In this document: positions 30,780 to 42,600 of the stretch, in pieces
How positions within the stretch are numbered: position 1 is the first letter of the stretch
Layout of the letters: the number at the start of each line of letters is the position of its first letter
Source of the DNA: Candidatus Poribacteria bacterium
GTDB taxonomy: Bacteria > Poribacteria > WGA-4E > WGA-3G
Direction: 5' to 3'
Length of the DNA stretch: 64,000 bases
Assembly (NCBI GenBank): GCA_965205025.1
Contig: CBDBFU010000015.1
Span: 128,001 to 192,000 of the forward strand
Notes under the pieces: generated by a model
Database searches by the model: none
What the model saw: only the letters and a program-made list of their open reading frames with translations
What the model was told of the DNA's origin: nothing
Made by a program: the position numbers and the translations under genes

Positions 30780-32661
30780 CTAACGATACGTTTTTACTAT
30801 TTCTGAAATGACAGAACGTCTGTTTTTCCAATTCAAACGTGCAGGTGGGATTAGGTAAATTCCATCAATAGGGATGTGATTCTGATTTCTGATTTCTTTA
30901 ACAAGGTCTAAGGTCAACTGCATACCCAGTTCATTTCCTGCTGTATCTCCAAGGTCACGATATTTATCTACTATCAACTGTGGAATGTATAGACCTAAAT
31001 TATCCCGCAAATAGGAGGCACTACGATAACTTGTAAGGGGAAGAATACCATAAAGAAATTTTATATTAAGATGATTTGTTGCATTATGTGTACGGACAAT
31101 ATCCTCAAATGTCCAGACAGGTTGTGTATATGCAAATTTTGCACCTTCTGCCACTTTATTTTTTAGATGTTTAACATGTGGTTCAAGATTCTCAGCGATA
31201 GTGAAACCACCACCATAATAGAATCCACACGGTTCACCAATTGAAGAGCCATCTGCAAGTTCACCTTGGTTCAATCGACCAATAAGTTTCATCAGTTGTA
31301 CGGCACCACGTACATCAGGTACAAGACTCGCTGCCTCATAAGGTCCTGCTTTTGGATGATCTCCAGACAAGGCAACAATGCCTCGTATACCCAAAGCTTC
31401 TGCTTCTAATAGATGTGACTGAATGCTTATGAGATTACGGGAGCGTGTTGTCCAATGTATTAATGTAGGAATGTTCGTCGTCTGTTGGAGACGAAACGCA
31501 GTTGCAACTGCTCCTATATTTACAGCTGCACCAGAGTTATCGGTGACATCAAATAGATCAACACCAGTTGCAGCCATTACTTGTGCTTCCTTCAACAATG
31601 CGCGGTAACTGTGGAAATGTATTTGCACGCGTTTCTACACTAACTATTCTTTCCCGTGTTTTAAACACCTCTTCTACAGGATTATCTCTAAATGATTGAC
31701 GTGATGGAGTACTTTTTGGAAGAATAAAAATCCGAGGTTGTCGTCTAACGGGTTGTCTACCAGCAACCACAGCTTTGATTTTTGCTGTGTATTCGGGTGT
31801 AGTACCACAACAACCCCCTATCATGTTTGCGCCAAGGTTAATTAATTTCTGAACATAATCACTAAACGCATCTGCATCTACCGTATAGGAAACTGCAATT
31901 TCACCTTGTTCCACCCTTGGGTTACCTGCATTCGGTTGCACAACCAACGGACATTTAATGACAGGTGCGAGTAGTTCCATGGCTTGTACAAGATCGTGTG
32001 GTCCTCTACAGTTAATACCAACAGCATGTGCCCCAAGTTGTTCTATTTCTTGGGCAAATACCCTAACATCCACACCTGTCCCAAGAGTTCCACCTGAAAT
32101 TCCACTAATCTCGACTATTACTGGTATACCGTAGCTTAAAGCCTGCTTTGTAGCAATTTCAGTTTGTTTCTGAAGAACAAATGTTTCTAAGATGAGTAGA
32201 TCAACCCCTTCATCTACAAGGGTGTCCATCTGTTCTTGAAAAAGTCGACGAATGGTTTTACTTGATGGAATAACAGTTGATTCTGTTACATCTTGAGTAT
32301 GAAATGGAATTTGTCCAATAGATCCAGCAACAAAAGATTTCGTAGATGCAGCACTCCGTGCTAATTTTACCCCCATACGGTTGATCTCTTCTAATTCATC
32401 TTCATATCCATGGGGAGTCAATGCTTCCCTATTCGCTTGATATGTATTGGTCTGAATAACATCAGAACCAGCATTCAGATATGCTTGATGAATCTCGATT
32501 ACTTTATGAGCATGTTCCTCCATAATGTTACATGCATCAACACAAGGTAGGGGTGAAGAAATACGTTTTCGGAGTTCTGTTCCAATGGCACCATCACACA
32601 CGAGTATACGTTCTGTGATTGCATCCATGAAATCAGGTTTTTTAGTTGGCTGCGTTGTCAT
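30780..32661 (-). CDS. yitJ: Bifunctional homocysteine S-methyltransferase / MTHFR, split by +1 indel at ~31604
   Basis: DGAIGTEL, GINC, GGCCGTTP (HMT) then MTHFR-like RSRNLISIQSHLL, SGDHP, TQP; removing one C joins FPQL-RALLKEA. Confidence 0.8.
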
Positions 32662-32688
32662 GTTTCTATACTGAGTAGTAAACCATAA

Positions 32689-32726
32689 TTTAATCCCGTG
32701 CCTGCAGAAGCAGATACGGGATTAAA
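32689..32726 (-). terminator. Stem-loop between monooxygenase and yitJ
   Basis: TTTAATCCCGTGCCTGC-AGAA-GCAGATACGGGATTAAA. Confidence 0.6.
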
Positions 32727-32764
32727 ATAGGTTAGTCATTTATCTATAAAACGTCAAAAGCCAT

Positions 32765-34378
32765 TTATTGTATTAGATCTCCAGCTTTTTCTACGGGTAT
32801 ATAATAATACCCATAAATGATGCACATCTCATCCTCGGAGGTAAGTCCAAATTGGAGAGGCACATTCTTATCGTAATTATTAAATGTACACTGGAAAGAT
32901 ATACCATCATCTGGACTAAGTATAATAGGAGAATGGAAGAGAGTAATTGGAGCATCATCGTATGCTATACTTCTGTGCAGTAATTCTCCAGTTGACTTTT
33001 GGAATATTTCAAATAACTCTCCATGTCTATGCATATGTGATGTTAGTAAGAATACATACAATTCTGAATCTGGATCATGTCCCCGTGTAGTAATCTCATC
33101 TTCAACATACCACGTCATTTTTGCGACTCGTGTCAAAGATGGGGGTACATTAATAGATCTATTTGAAACGAAGATCTCTATTGCTTCATACTTAAGCTCT
33201 TCCTCAGGTATCGTATAAATGTTTATATAAGTTTCACCAATTAATGTTTCATCCCCTAAGAGATTAATGTAATGAGAATTAAGATCGAAAATGGTATCCC
33301 CAGGTACTCGTAAACCTACACCTTCAGGAAATTGAAATATTGTATCATCGGTCTGTGTAGCCACAACGAATAAACGGTCTACCCCAAAATTACCAAGTGC
33401 TTGTGGATCATCAGGATCAAGTTCACGAAATTCATCTTCTGGATTAACACCAATACTCGGATCTATCGCCCTCTTATGGATTCCATTTGCCAAACCTTCA
33501 TCAGTTAAACGATATAGGATGAAGTGGTGACTACCAGATGGATAGAATATCTCAACTCTGTTGATGTAGATATCACCTTCAATTGGATTACCTTCATGAT
33601 CTAATAACTGCTTTGCATAGAAAACTTCACGTTCGGTACCAGGTTCAATTTTAAAAGGTGGTAGCTGTAATTGATATCCTTCTCCTTGAGCAGGTGGAGG
33701 TGGAGGATTAAATATTTCTTCTGGATCGCGAAGTACACCAAGATCTCCAATGCCGGGAACCTTTCCTTCTTGGGGTGCTCCAGCTTCAATCCAGGTCCTT
33801 ATTGCTTCTATTTTACCGTTATGTAATGTACCTCCACCGAAAGGCATACGCCCTCCAAAATTTGGGTTTTCAGGTCCCATTAACTTTGTTAGTAGAAAAC
33901 TATTGTCAGGGTTTTCAGGATCAATCAACTTCATTCCTGCAGCAGCTGCTGCTCTATTCCTTGGTATACGACCAACTAAATCAGGATAGGATTGACCATA
34001 GGTAAGATTCAAATCTGCTGAATTTTGAGGTGGTGCATGGCAGGCACTATTCGCACAACTCTTGTCGAAGATATTATCTTGGATTTCATGATAAGTCGAA
34101 TTATCTTCCTGTTCAGTTGCCCCAAAATTATTAGCTACTCTAACAAGGTCAAGTATATTTACGCTACCATCACGATTAACATCAGGATTCTGAACAGCAT
34201 TACGATCCCCTGGTTGACCGATAGAATTGGCTACCAGAACAAGATCCTGAATATTTACGGTACCATCTTTATTTACATCCTCTAATAAGGTGGAATCTTC
34301 TCCATGACCAAATACTGAGAATGTCATGATACAAACAAAAAACACACTTAATGTAGTGAGTGAGATATACTTATTCAT
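32765..34378 (-). CDS. Secreted dockerin-like + cytochrome c + copper type II (PHM/DBM-like) monooxygenase fusion
   Basis: DVN.DG.VNI.DLV x2; CANSACH...RMP...IRTWIEAGA; SHHFILY, LNSHY, SHMH, EDEMC. Confidence 0.8.
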   Translation of the reverse strand: MNKYISLTTLSVFFVCIMTFSVFGHGEDSTLLEDVNKDGTVNIQDLVLVANSIGQPGDRNAVQNPDVNRDGSVNILDLVRVANNFGATEQEDNSTYHEIQDNIFDKSCANSACHAPPQNSADLNLTYGQSYPDLVGRIPRNRAAAAAGMKLIDPENPDNSFLLTKLMGPENPNFGGRMPFGGGTLHNGKIEAIRTWIEAGAPQEGKVPGIGDLGVLRDPEEIFNPPPPPAQGEGYQLQLPPFKIEPGTEREVFYAKQLLDHEGNPIEGDIYINRVEIFYPSGSHHFILYRLTDEGLANGIHKRAIDPSIGVNPEDEFRELDPDDPQALGNFGVDRLFVVATQTDDTIFQFPEGVGLRVPGDTIFDLNSHYINLLGDETLIGETYINIYTIPEEELKYEAIEIFVSNRSINVPPSLTRVAKMTWYVEDEITTRGHDPDSELYVFLLTSHMHRHGELFEIFQKSTGELLHRSIAYDDAPITLFHSPIILSPDDGISFQCTFNNYDKNVPLQFGLTSEDEMCIIYGYYYIPVEKAGDLIQ

Positions 34379-34413
34379 AAGATATAATTCCCTTTTTATA
34401 AAATGCTATACAT

Positions 34414-34558
34414 TAACGTCAGTTTGATAATAAAAATGTCAGTTCGATAAACAGAATTTTGTCCTGAAGATAGTCTTTGTAGCACAAACTTTCCAGTTTG
34501 TGCACTCTGGTGTTAACTAAAAGTTCGGGTTACAATCTGTCTTATCAAACTCACGTTA
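34414..34558. mobile_element. MITE-like element
   Basis: TIR TAACGTCAGTTTGATAA / TTATCAAACTCACGTTA (1 mismatch); internal GTAGCACAAACT..AGTTTGTGC REP. Confidence 0.65.
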
Positions 34559-34574
34559 TACACTAAAACTATAA

Positions 34575-35289
34575 TTATTTATCTCTGAAAATCTGTCCCT
34601 TAGATATAAATCTATATTTTAATAAAGTCCATGCTGCAAAAATACCATCTGACCAAAAACGAAGTTTCTTACCTTCTTTTTTTGTACGAGGGAAGTAAGA
34701 TACGGGGACTTCAAGGATATTATGTCCAGCGCGTAATATTTTTGCTGTAACTTCAGGACAAAATTCAAATCCTTCACAGGTTAAATTCAAATCTTTTAAT
34801 AATTTCTGCTGTGAAGATTTTATAACCTGTTGATTCGTCCGTTATCCTACATCCATATAGAAGGTTTGTATAAAATGCCAGTATTCTATTGGCTATATAA
34901 TTATGTAGACTTGCATTCCCTCTGCCTTTTAAGAAGCGTGAACCGTATACAACTTGAACACCGTCGTTCTTTAATGGTTCAACTAAATTCACAAGATCGT
35001 TAGGAGAAAGTTCCATATCTGCATCCTGTATTACAACTATATCTCCCTTAACATGCTGAATTCCACTCCGAATAGCAAATCCCTTTCCTCGATTTACTTC
35101 ATTCTGAACAATTGTCAGTTTAGAATCTGTTTTTAATTCCTCAAGTATATGGAATGTATTGTCTGTTGAACCGTCATTGACAACTATAATTTGAATTTCA
35201 AGGGGTAATGACTGTACTGTTTCAAGTACCTGGCGAATTGTATTCTCCTCATTATACGCAGGTATGATAACAGATACTAACATGTGCAA
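34575..35289 (-). CDS. GT2 (DPM-synthase-like) glycosyltransferase, +1 indel at ~34790
   Basis: SVIIPAYNE, NDGSTD, NRGKG, QDAD; removing one T joins IKR-LNLTCEGFEFCPE. Confidence 0.85.
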
Positions 35290-35463
35290 TATACTCTATT
35301 TGGAGGTTGATTTTAAGCTTGTTGTCAACAAACTTAATACTATAAGGTATAGGCATTATTTTAATGTTTTTACACTATATAATCTTTTAGTTGGTTTAGT
35401 TAATATATATCCTCATAGTTGTAGTACTTCAACTCAGTCATCTCAATTCAAACATTAGTGAAC

Positions 35464-36257
35464 CTATAGGAGTGATCGAACCATACCACCATCTACCTGT
35501 ACCGTTGTACCTGTCATGTAGCTTGCTTTTTTTCCGATGCAAGAAAAACCACCATATTAGCGAATTCCTCTGGATCCCCAATCCTTCCAAGTGGAATGTC
35601 TCCAGTCATCTTCTCTATTGCTTCATCAAATGTGATACCTGCTTCTTCTGCTCTTACCGTGGCTAACTGTTTAATCCTATCTGTAAAAATAATTCCTGGG
35701 CAGACATTGTTAACTAATATCTTATCTGAAGCAAGTTCGGTAGCCAATGTCTTAGCGAAACCGATTACACCAGTACGAGCCATATTTGATAACATCAATC
35801 CATCAACCGGTTGTTTTACAGAAACAGAAGTTAGGTTGATAATTCTTCCACCACCGCGTGACCGCATAGATGGAACAGCAGCACGGCATAAATTAATAGT
35901 ACTCATTAAGTTCAAATGTACTGCAGTCTCATAATCCTCAGCTGACAAATCATCAAAACGTCCTGCTCTTGGACCCCCTGCATTGTTGACCAAGATATCA
36001 ATTCCACCAAAGTGTGAAATCGTAGTATCAATCAAAGCTTCAACTTGTTCTGGTTGACTGACATCTGTTGGAATGGCTAATACTTCACTGCCGGTTTGAC
36101 TCTGAATATCATCTGCTGTCTCTTCTAAAACATCTTCACTTCTGGCACAAATTGTCACTTTTGCTCCTTCTTGAGCCAATCCTAATGCAATTGCCCTCCC
36201 AAGTCCTTTACTTGATGCTCCAACAACAGCAATCTTATCTTTTAGTCCAAGATCCAT
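35464..36257 (-). CDS. SDR oxidoreductase, indel in T7 run at 35527-35533
   Basis: GASSKGLG, NNAGGP; removing 2 nt restores ASEKASYMTGTTVQVDGGMVRSLL*. Confidence 0.9.
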
Positions 36258-36624
36258 AGTTAATTCTTAGGTATTAAACTACCTTGATTACCTTTCTAAT
36301 TGTTGTATTTCAATATCGAAAAGTATACTATGATTGCTTTCCATTGTCAAGAATTATGTAATTCAGTCAAGAATAGTTTTCTTTCTTTTTTTAAATGTGT
36401 TATATTTCGATTAATTAATATATAATGTGGAATCAACAATTGTATTACGCGAATTTCTGAGTCTGGCACCATTATTTACTTAACTCTCACATATTTAAAA
36501 ACTACATAAGTCCGGGTAAAATTTGAAACAGTGTCGGTTTAAAGTAATGATTAAAAAGTTAGCAACAGTTTGTGAGTTGGATTGAGTGCTATCAATACCT
36601 ATAAGCATCAATTAGGGGATAAAT

Positions 36625-39600
36625 ATGAAAAGATGGAAATATATCATAACGATTAGTTGTCTATTAATATTCAATTTCGTTTATCAAAATGTTCAAGCAC
36701 AACAGAATATTGCACAAGAGGCTTATGCTATTTTTGAGCAGTCGTGCTTGGTATGCCACGGGGAAAACGGTGCTTATACAGAGGCACTCATTATTGAACA
36801 TACGGCACTCATTGAGGAGGGAAAAGTTATTCCCGGTGATCCAGACGGTTCTGTGTTCTATCAACGGCTCATTGAAACAAACGTTGCTAAACGGATGCCA
36901 CAAGGACAACCAGCGCTTGATCCCGTTGCGATTGAGACGATTCGGCAATGGATTTTGGCAGGTGCACCGGATTGGGATGCCGTGCCAAGACCAAAAACCG
37001 ACTTCATTACAACTGATACTATGCTTGAATCAATTGAGAACCATGTTAACTCTCTTTCGTCAAGTGACAGATCGTTTGCTCGCTATTTTACGTTAACACA
37101 TCTGTATAATGCAGGTGAGACGACTGAAGCACTCAACGCTTATCGGCGTGCACTCTCAAAACTGATTAATAGCCTCTCTTGGGGACGCGAAGTTGTTAAA
37201 CCACAACCTATTGATACAGAACAAACCGTTTTCTACATTGACCTACGCGATTATGAATGGGATGTGAGAAACGATGCATGGACACAAATTGAACAAGCAT
37301 ATCCCTATCAAATGACGTTTGATGCTCCTACACAGACACATCTACATGAAAAACTGACGACCTTACAACAAGAGATGAACTGTGAAGTGCCGTTTGTTCA
37401 TGTGGATTGGTTTCTTGCAACTGCATCGTTGCCACCGCTATATCACGATATTCTCGCGTTGCCCGATACAGATCGTGAGTTAGAGGCATTACTTGAAGTG
37501 TTTGTTGCAGAAAACCTCCAAAATGCTCCTGGGAAACGCGTTTGGCGGGCGGGTTTCAACGAATCCGGTGTTTCACGACATAATCGCGTTGTTGAACGTC
37601 ATACGTCCTCGTATGGTGCCTATTGGAAAAGCTACGACTTTGCAGGGAGCGCAGAATCGCAGAATATCTTTACACACCCACTTGATTTTACACACGACGG
37701 TGGTGAGATTATCTTTAACCTACCGAACGGTTTACAGGCATACTTTCTTGTAGATGCTATAGGTGGCAGACTGGATGTAGCACCGACAGAGATCGTTTCT
37801 AATCCTGCTGCAAGTGATCCTGCTGTGCGGAATGGTCTATCTTGTATCGGTTGCCATACGCAAGGTATGAAGACATTTGAAGACGAGGTGCGTGCTGTTG
37901 TTGACAAGGCTGCTAACCCACCTTTTGACAAGGCGCGTGCGTTAGAACTCTATGTGAAAAAAGAGGTGATGGATGGACTTATTGAAGAGGATACGGAACG
38001 TTATAGGGAGGCACTTGAAGCAGCGGGTGGTGTATTCGGTGGTATTGAACAGATACAACGATTCCATGAGGCGTTTCAAGGAACTCTGAGTGTGGCGCAT
38101 GCTGCAGCTGCTGTTGGGTTAGAGACCGAGGTGTTCCTTGAAAAAACAAGTAAAAATACGACTTTACAGAACTTGTTAGGTGCATTGGTGTTAGAAAACG
38201 GTGCCATTAAACGAGATGCGTGGACATCAAATTTTTACGATGTGATTTCTGCGCTGAATACGCCTGACAGTATGCTGCCGATTGTTGAGCGTCCGGAGCG
38301 TATTCCTGGTGCTGGTGTTTATATTCCTGATGCGAACCTTCGCACAGCAATTGAGGAAGCACTCGGTAAAGCTGCTGGTGAGGTGATTACGGTAGAGGAT
38401 ATGGAGAAATTGAAATCCTTTAAATCTGTGAATAACGGAATTCACGATTTAACAGGACTTCAGTTTGCGGCAAATCTGCAAAGCCTTGAAGTTTGGGATA
38501 ATCAAATCACCGATTTAACACCTTTGCGAGGGTTAACAGGTTTGTATGGACTAAATCTTAAGCATAATGCGGTATCAGACCTATCGCCAATATCGGAACT
38601 GATAAACTTAACTGAGATCAATTTAGAAGGTAATTTGGTGTCCGACCTATCCCCTTTAAAAAACCTGAAAAAGTTGAGATATCTGCAATTATGGGATTGC
38701 CCAGTTTCCGACTTGTCGCCACTTGCTGGATTGACTGAACTAACAGAATTAAACTTGGCGGATCAAAGGTGGTATGATTTAGGACTTATAGATTTATCAC
38801 CACTAACAGGGTTAACAAATATGGAGTATTTAACCGTTCATAATCTAAAATTATCTTCTGGTTTAACACCTTTAGCAGGTTTGATCAATCTGAAGTCTTT
38901 AAAATTTGATGATAATAATGTAACTGATGTGACCCCTTTGGCAAATTTAAATAATTTGGAACACATTATAACTTGGGGCAATCCCATATCGGATTTTTCA
39001 CCTTTGACAAAATTGACTAAACTGAAAAAGGTAGATATCTGCGGCGCGAATATAACAGACCTCTCATTCTTAGCAGGGAAACCAGAGTTGACAGAACTGT
39101 ATCTTGTCAAAAACGAAATCACAGATATTACACCTTTGGCTGAATTACATGGATTAACACGTCTGAATCTTGAAGGCAACAACATATCAGATGTATCATC
39201 GATTGCAGGATTAACCAATCTAAAATGGCTAAAACTCACAAATAACCCGATAACTGATTTTTTACCTTTAACGGAGCTCTTCGAAAATACAAATATTGTT
39301 TTTGATGTTGTAATTCCTGATGTGAACCTACGGTCTGCAATTGCCGAAGTTCTTGGGAAAGAAGATATGACTGCTCCGATTACGCTTGCAGAGATAACAT
39401 CTTTGACAACTCTAATAGCAAGCAATAAGGACATTCATGATTTGACAGGACTTGAGCAGGCTGTAAATCTTGAAGAGTTATGGATTTCAAAGAATCCTAC
39501 ATTCGATCTATCACCGCTTGCCAACTTGAAAAACCTTATCGGTTTAGGTGCTTGGGAAACCCCTATATCGGATCTCTCACCTCTTGCAGATTTACCAAAA

Positions 39601-42600
39601 CTGAGATGGTTAGACTTTGGGCGCACTCCAACAGATGCAAATAGAGATTTAATTGGAAACTTGGATCTGGCACCACTTGCAGGCATAACAAGTCTGAGAA
39701 AACTGACATTTTATGCATGCGGCATAATAGATATTTCACCGTTGGCAAACTTAACAGAGTTGACGCATCTGAGAGTTGGTGGCAACAGAGAAATATGGGA
39801 TGCTTCGCCTGTTGCGGAACTAATCAACTTGGAACATCTGGACTTTCACCACGATTCAATATCCGATTTACGGCCGCTCGCAGGTTTAACTAAATTAAAA
39901 CATCTAAACCTTTATGACAATAGATTGGTATCTGATTTATCTCCGTTAGCAGGATTAACAAATTTGACAGAACTTCGACTTCACCGAAATATGATATCAG
40001 ATGTATCGCCCCTAAGTGGACTGATCAACTTGGAAATATTAATCCTTCGCAATAATCTTATTTCTGACATATCTCCCTTGGAAGGGTTACCTGAACATAC
40101 ACATATAGATTGGTTAAATAACCCAGGTGCTTCGGTCGGAGGACCGAAAATTGAGGGCCCCTGGTTATGGCTGTCGATCCCAAGAAAACGGCTTGAAAGC
40201 AAGACAGATTTGTTAGCAGAAATTAGCCACGGTTCTGTAACGGAAAATGAGATCGCTACCAAAGGTGCGTCGGAAGGGATGGTAGTCGGGGATAACTCAT
40301 GGATAGCTCATAGTATTTCTTCCACGAATAGAGGTAATGTCGCAGAAATGTTAAACGCACTTGGTCAACCCGAAGTTCGTTATACTGTTGTCTACGGTTC
40401 TATAACTATTTATTCACAACAGGAACAAAACACAAATATGTTTGTTGGAGCTGAGGGGAATCACAAAATATGGCTAAATGGGGAATTGATCCGAGAGGAT
40501 CTAAGCTACAATGGGAGTGATATACATGATTATGAACTTTTTTTCCCTGTCACCTTGAAGCAAGGATCCAATATTTTATTAGTGGCAATAGACAATTACC
40601 CATATCCAGAACGGTTTGAAGCCTATTTTGGATTTAAAAAAAGTACAGAATATATAGCATTCCAACCTTCGGATATTCATATTCCTGACCCCAACCTGCG
40701 CGCAACAATTGCAGAGACACTTAGTAAAGAAGAAACTGCTCCGATTACACTTCAAGAGATAACATCTTTGACAACTCTAATAGCAAGTAACAAGGATATT
40801 AAAGATTTGACAGGGCTTGAGTTTGCAACAAATCTGACTGAATTTAGAATCGATCACAATCCAATATCTAATCTGTCGCCAATCGCAGCGTTGACAAAGA
40901 TGCGTGAGATATATTTTAACGATACACAGATTACTGACCTTTCGCCACTTGCATCCTTGCGTGATCTTGAGGTGATAAATGCTGCACATACCCGCATATC
41001 AAATCTCGAACCGTTGGCAGACTTGAAAAATCTGAAAAAGTTAGACACAGTTCATTCTGATATTTCCGACCTCTCGCCCCTGGCAGGATTGACAAACTTA
41101 ACAAGATTGTACTTATATGACTGCAAAGCAACCGATCTTTCACCTTTAAAGGGATTAACAAAACTTACTTGGTTGGGTCTTACGCACACCGATAACATCT
41201 CGGATTTCTCACCTTTGTCGGGATTAACAAACTTGGAGCATCTCGACCTGTCCGATACAGAGATTTCGGATCTTACTCCGTTAGCAGGATTGATTAATTT
41301 AGAAACGTTGATACTCAATGAAAACCGAATCGTAGATGTCTCGCCACTTGCCTCTCTGCGTAACTTGAAAGATTTACAACTTCACAAGAATAACATCTCC
41401 GATCTCTCCCCCTTGGCTCGCATACGCGAGAGTATAGAAGTATTCACTTGGTTTGGTAACCCTGCCTTTCCACAAGGCGGTCCAAATATTGAGGGACCTT
41501 GGCTATGGTTGACTTTTCCCGGAAAAGCAGACAAAGATGTCGATTATTTAGCAACAGCATCTAATAATAAGATTACAGAAGAACAGATTGCTAATCTCGG
41601 TGCTTCAGAGGGTAATGTGATAGGAAATAGGGCATGGTCAGTCGGGATGCTTGAACCTTACCATCCGAATGACTTCAAGGCCAATAAGACGAATCTTAGA
41701 AGATTATTAGACTCTCAAGACGCTATTACACCCAATACTTACGGACAGACGTTTGTTGTTTACGGTTCTATGACTTTGTATTCTCCCAGAATACAGCAGA
41801 CGAAAATATTTATAGGTGCTAGTGCGGGTCAGAAAATTTATCTTAATGGCAAGTTAGTGCATCAAGACTATATAGACTATGCGTTTGGAGCACACAATGT
41901 TGGTTACCGAACATTTTTTCCTGTGACGTTACAAAAAGGGAAAAATGTATTGTTGGTAAGGCTTGACAATTTGAAAGCACATTATGATCTATGGTCTCTC
42001 TTTTTCGGGCTTGATGAAATCACAGAGTATATGGTGTTAACTCCAGGTGTAGGTTTCTCATTTTCAGTAATTGAAAAAGACTTTCTTGCCGGTGATACGT
42101 TCACACTAAATCTCAATGCAGAAAACATAACAGACTTAGCAGGATGGGAAGGAGATATTTCGTATGACCCAAATGTGCTTGAAGCAATTGAAGTTACGGA
42201 AGGTGGCTTTCTAAAAACTCACGATGCAACAACCTTCTTTCAACGTGGCACAATTGATAACACAACAGGCAAGATAACCGGCATCAATATAGCGAGGATT
42301 GCTGAAGGCGGAGTGAACGGTTCGGGAACTCTGCTATCTGTAAAATTCAGAGCAAAAGTAGGCGGCGATACATACATAACGTTAGAAAATTTTGAATTCG
42401 GTTCAAGTAGTGGAGACATTATTCCTGCTGTTCCACCGAATATTACCATCACTGTTGGAGAATATCCTGCTTGGGATGTGAATCAAGATGGACGTGTGAG
42501 CATTCTGGATCTAATCCTTGTCGCACAAGATTTAGGTTCAGGCACACCCGCTAACTTGCGGACCGATGTAAATCGTGATGGAGTTATCAATATCCAAGAC

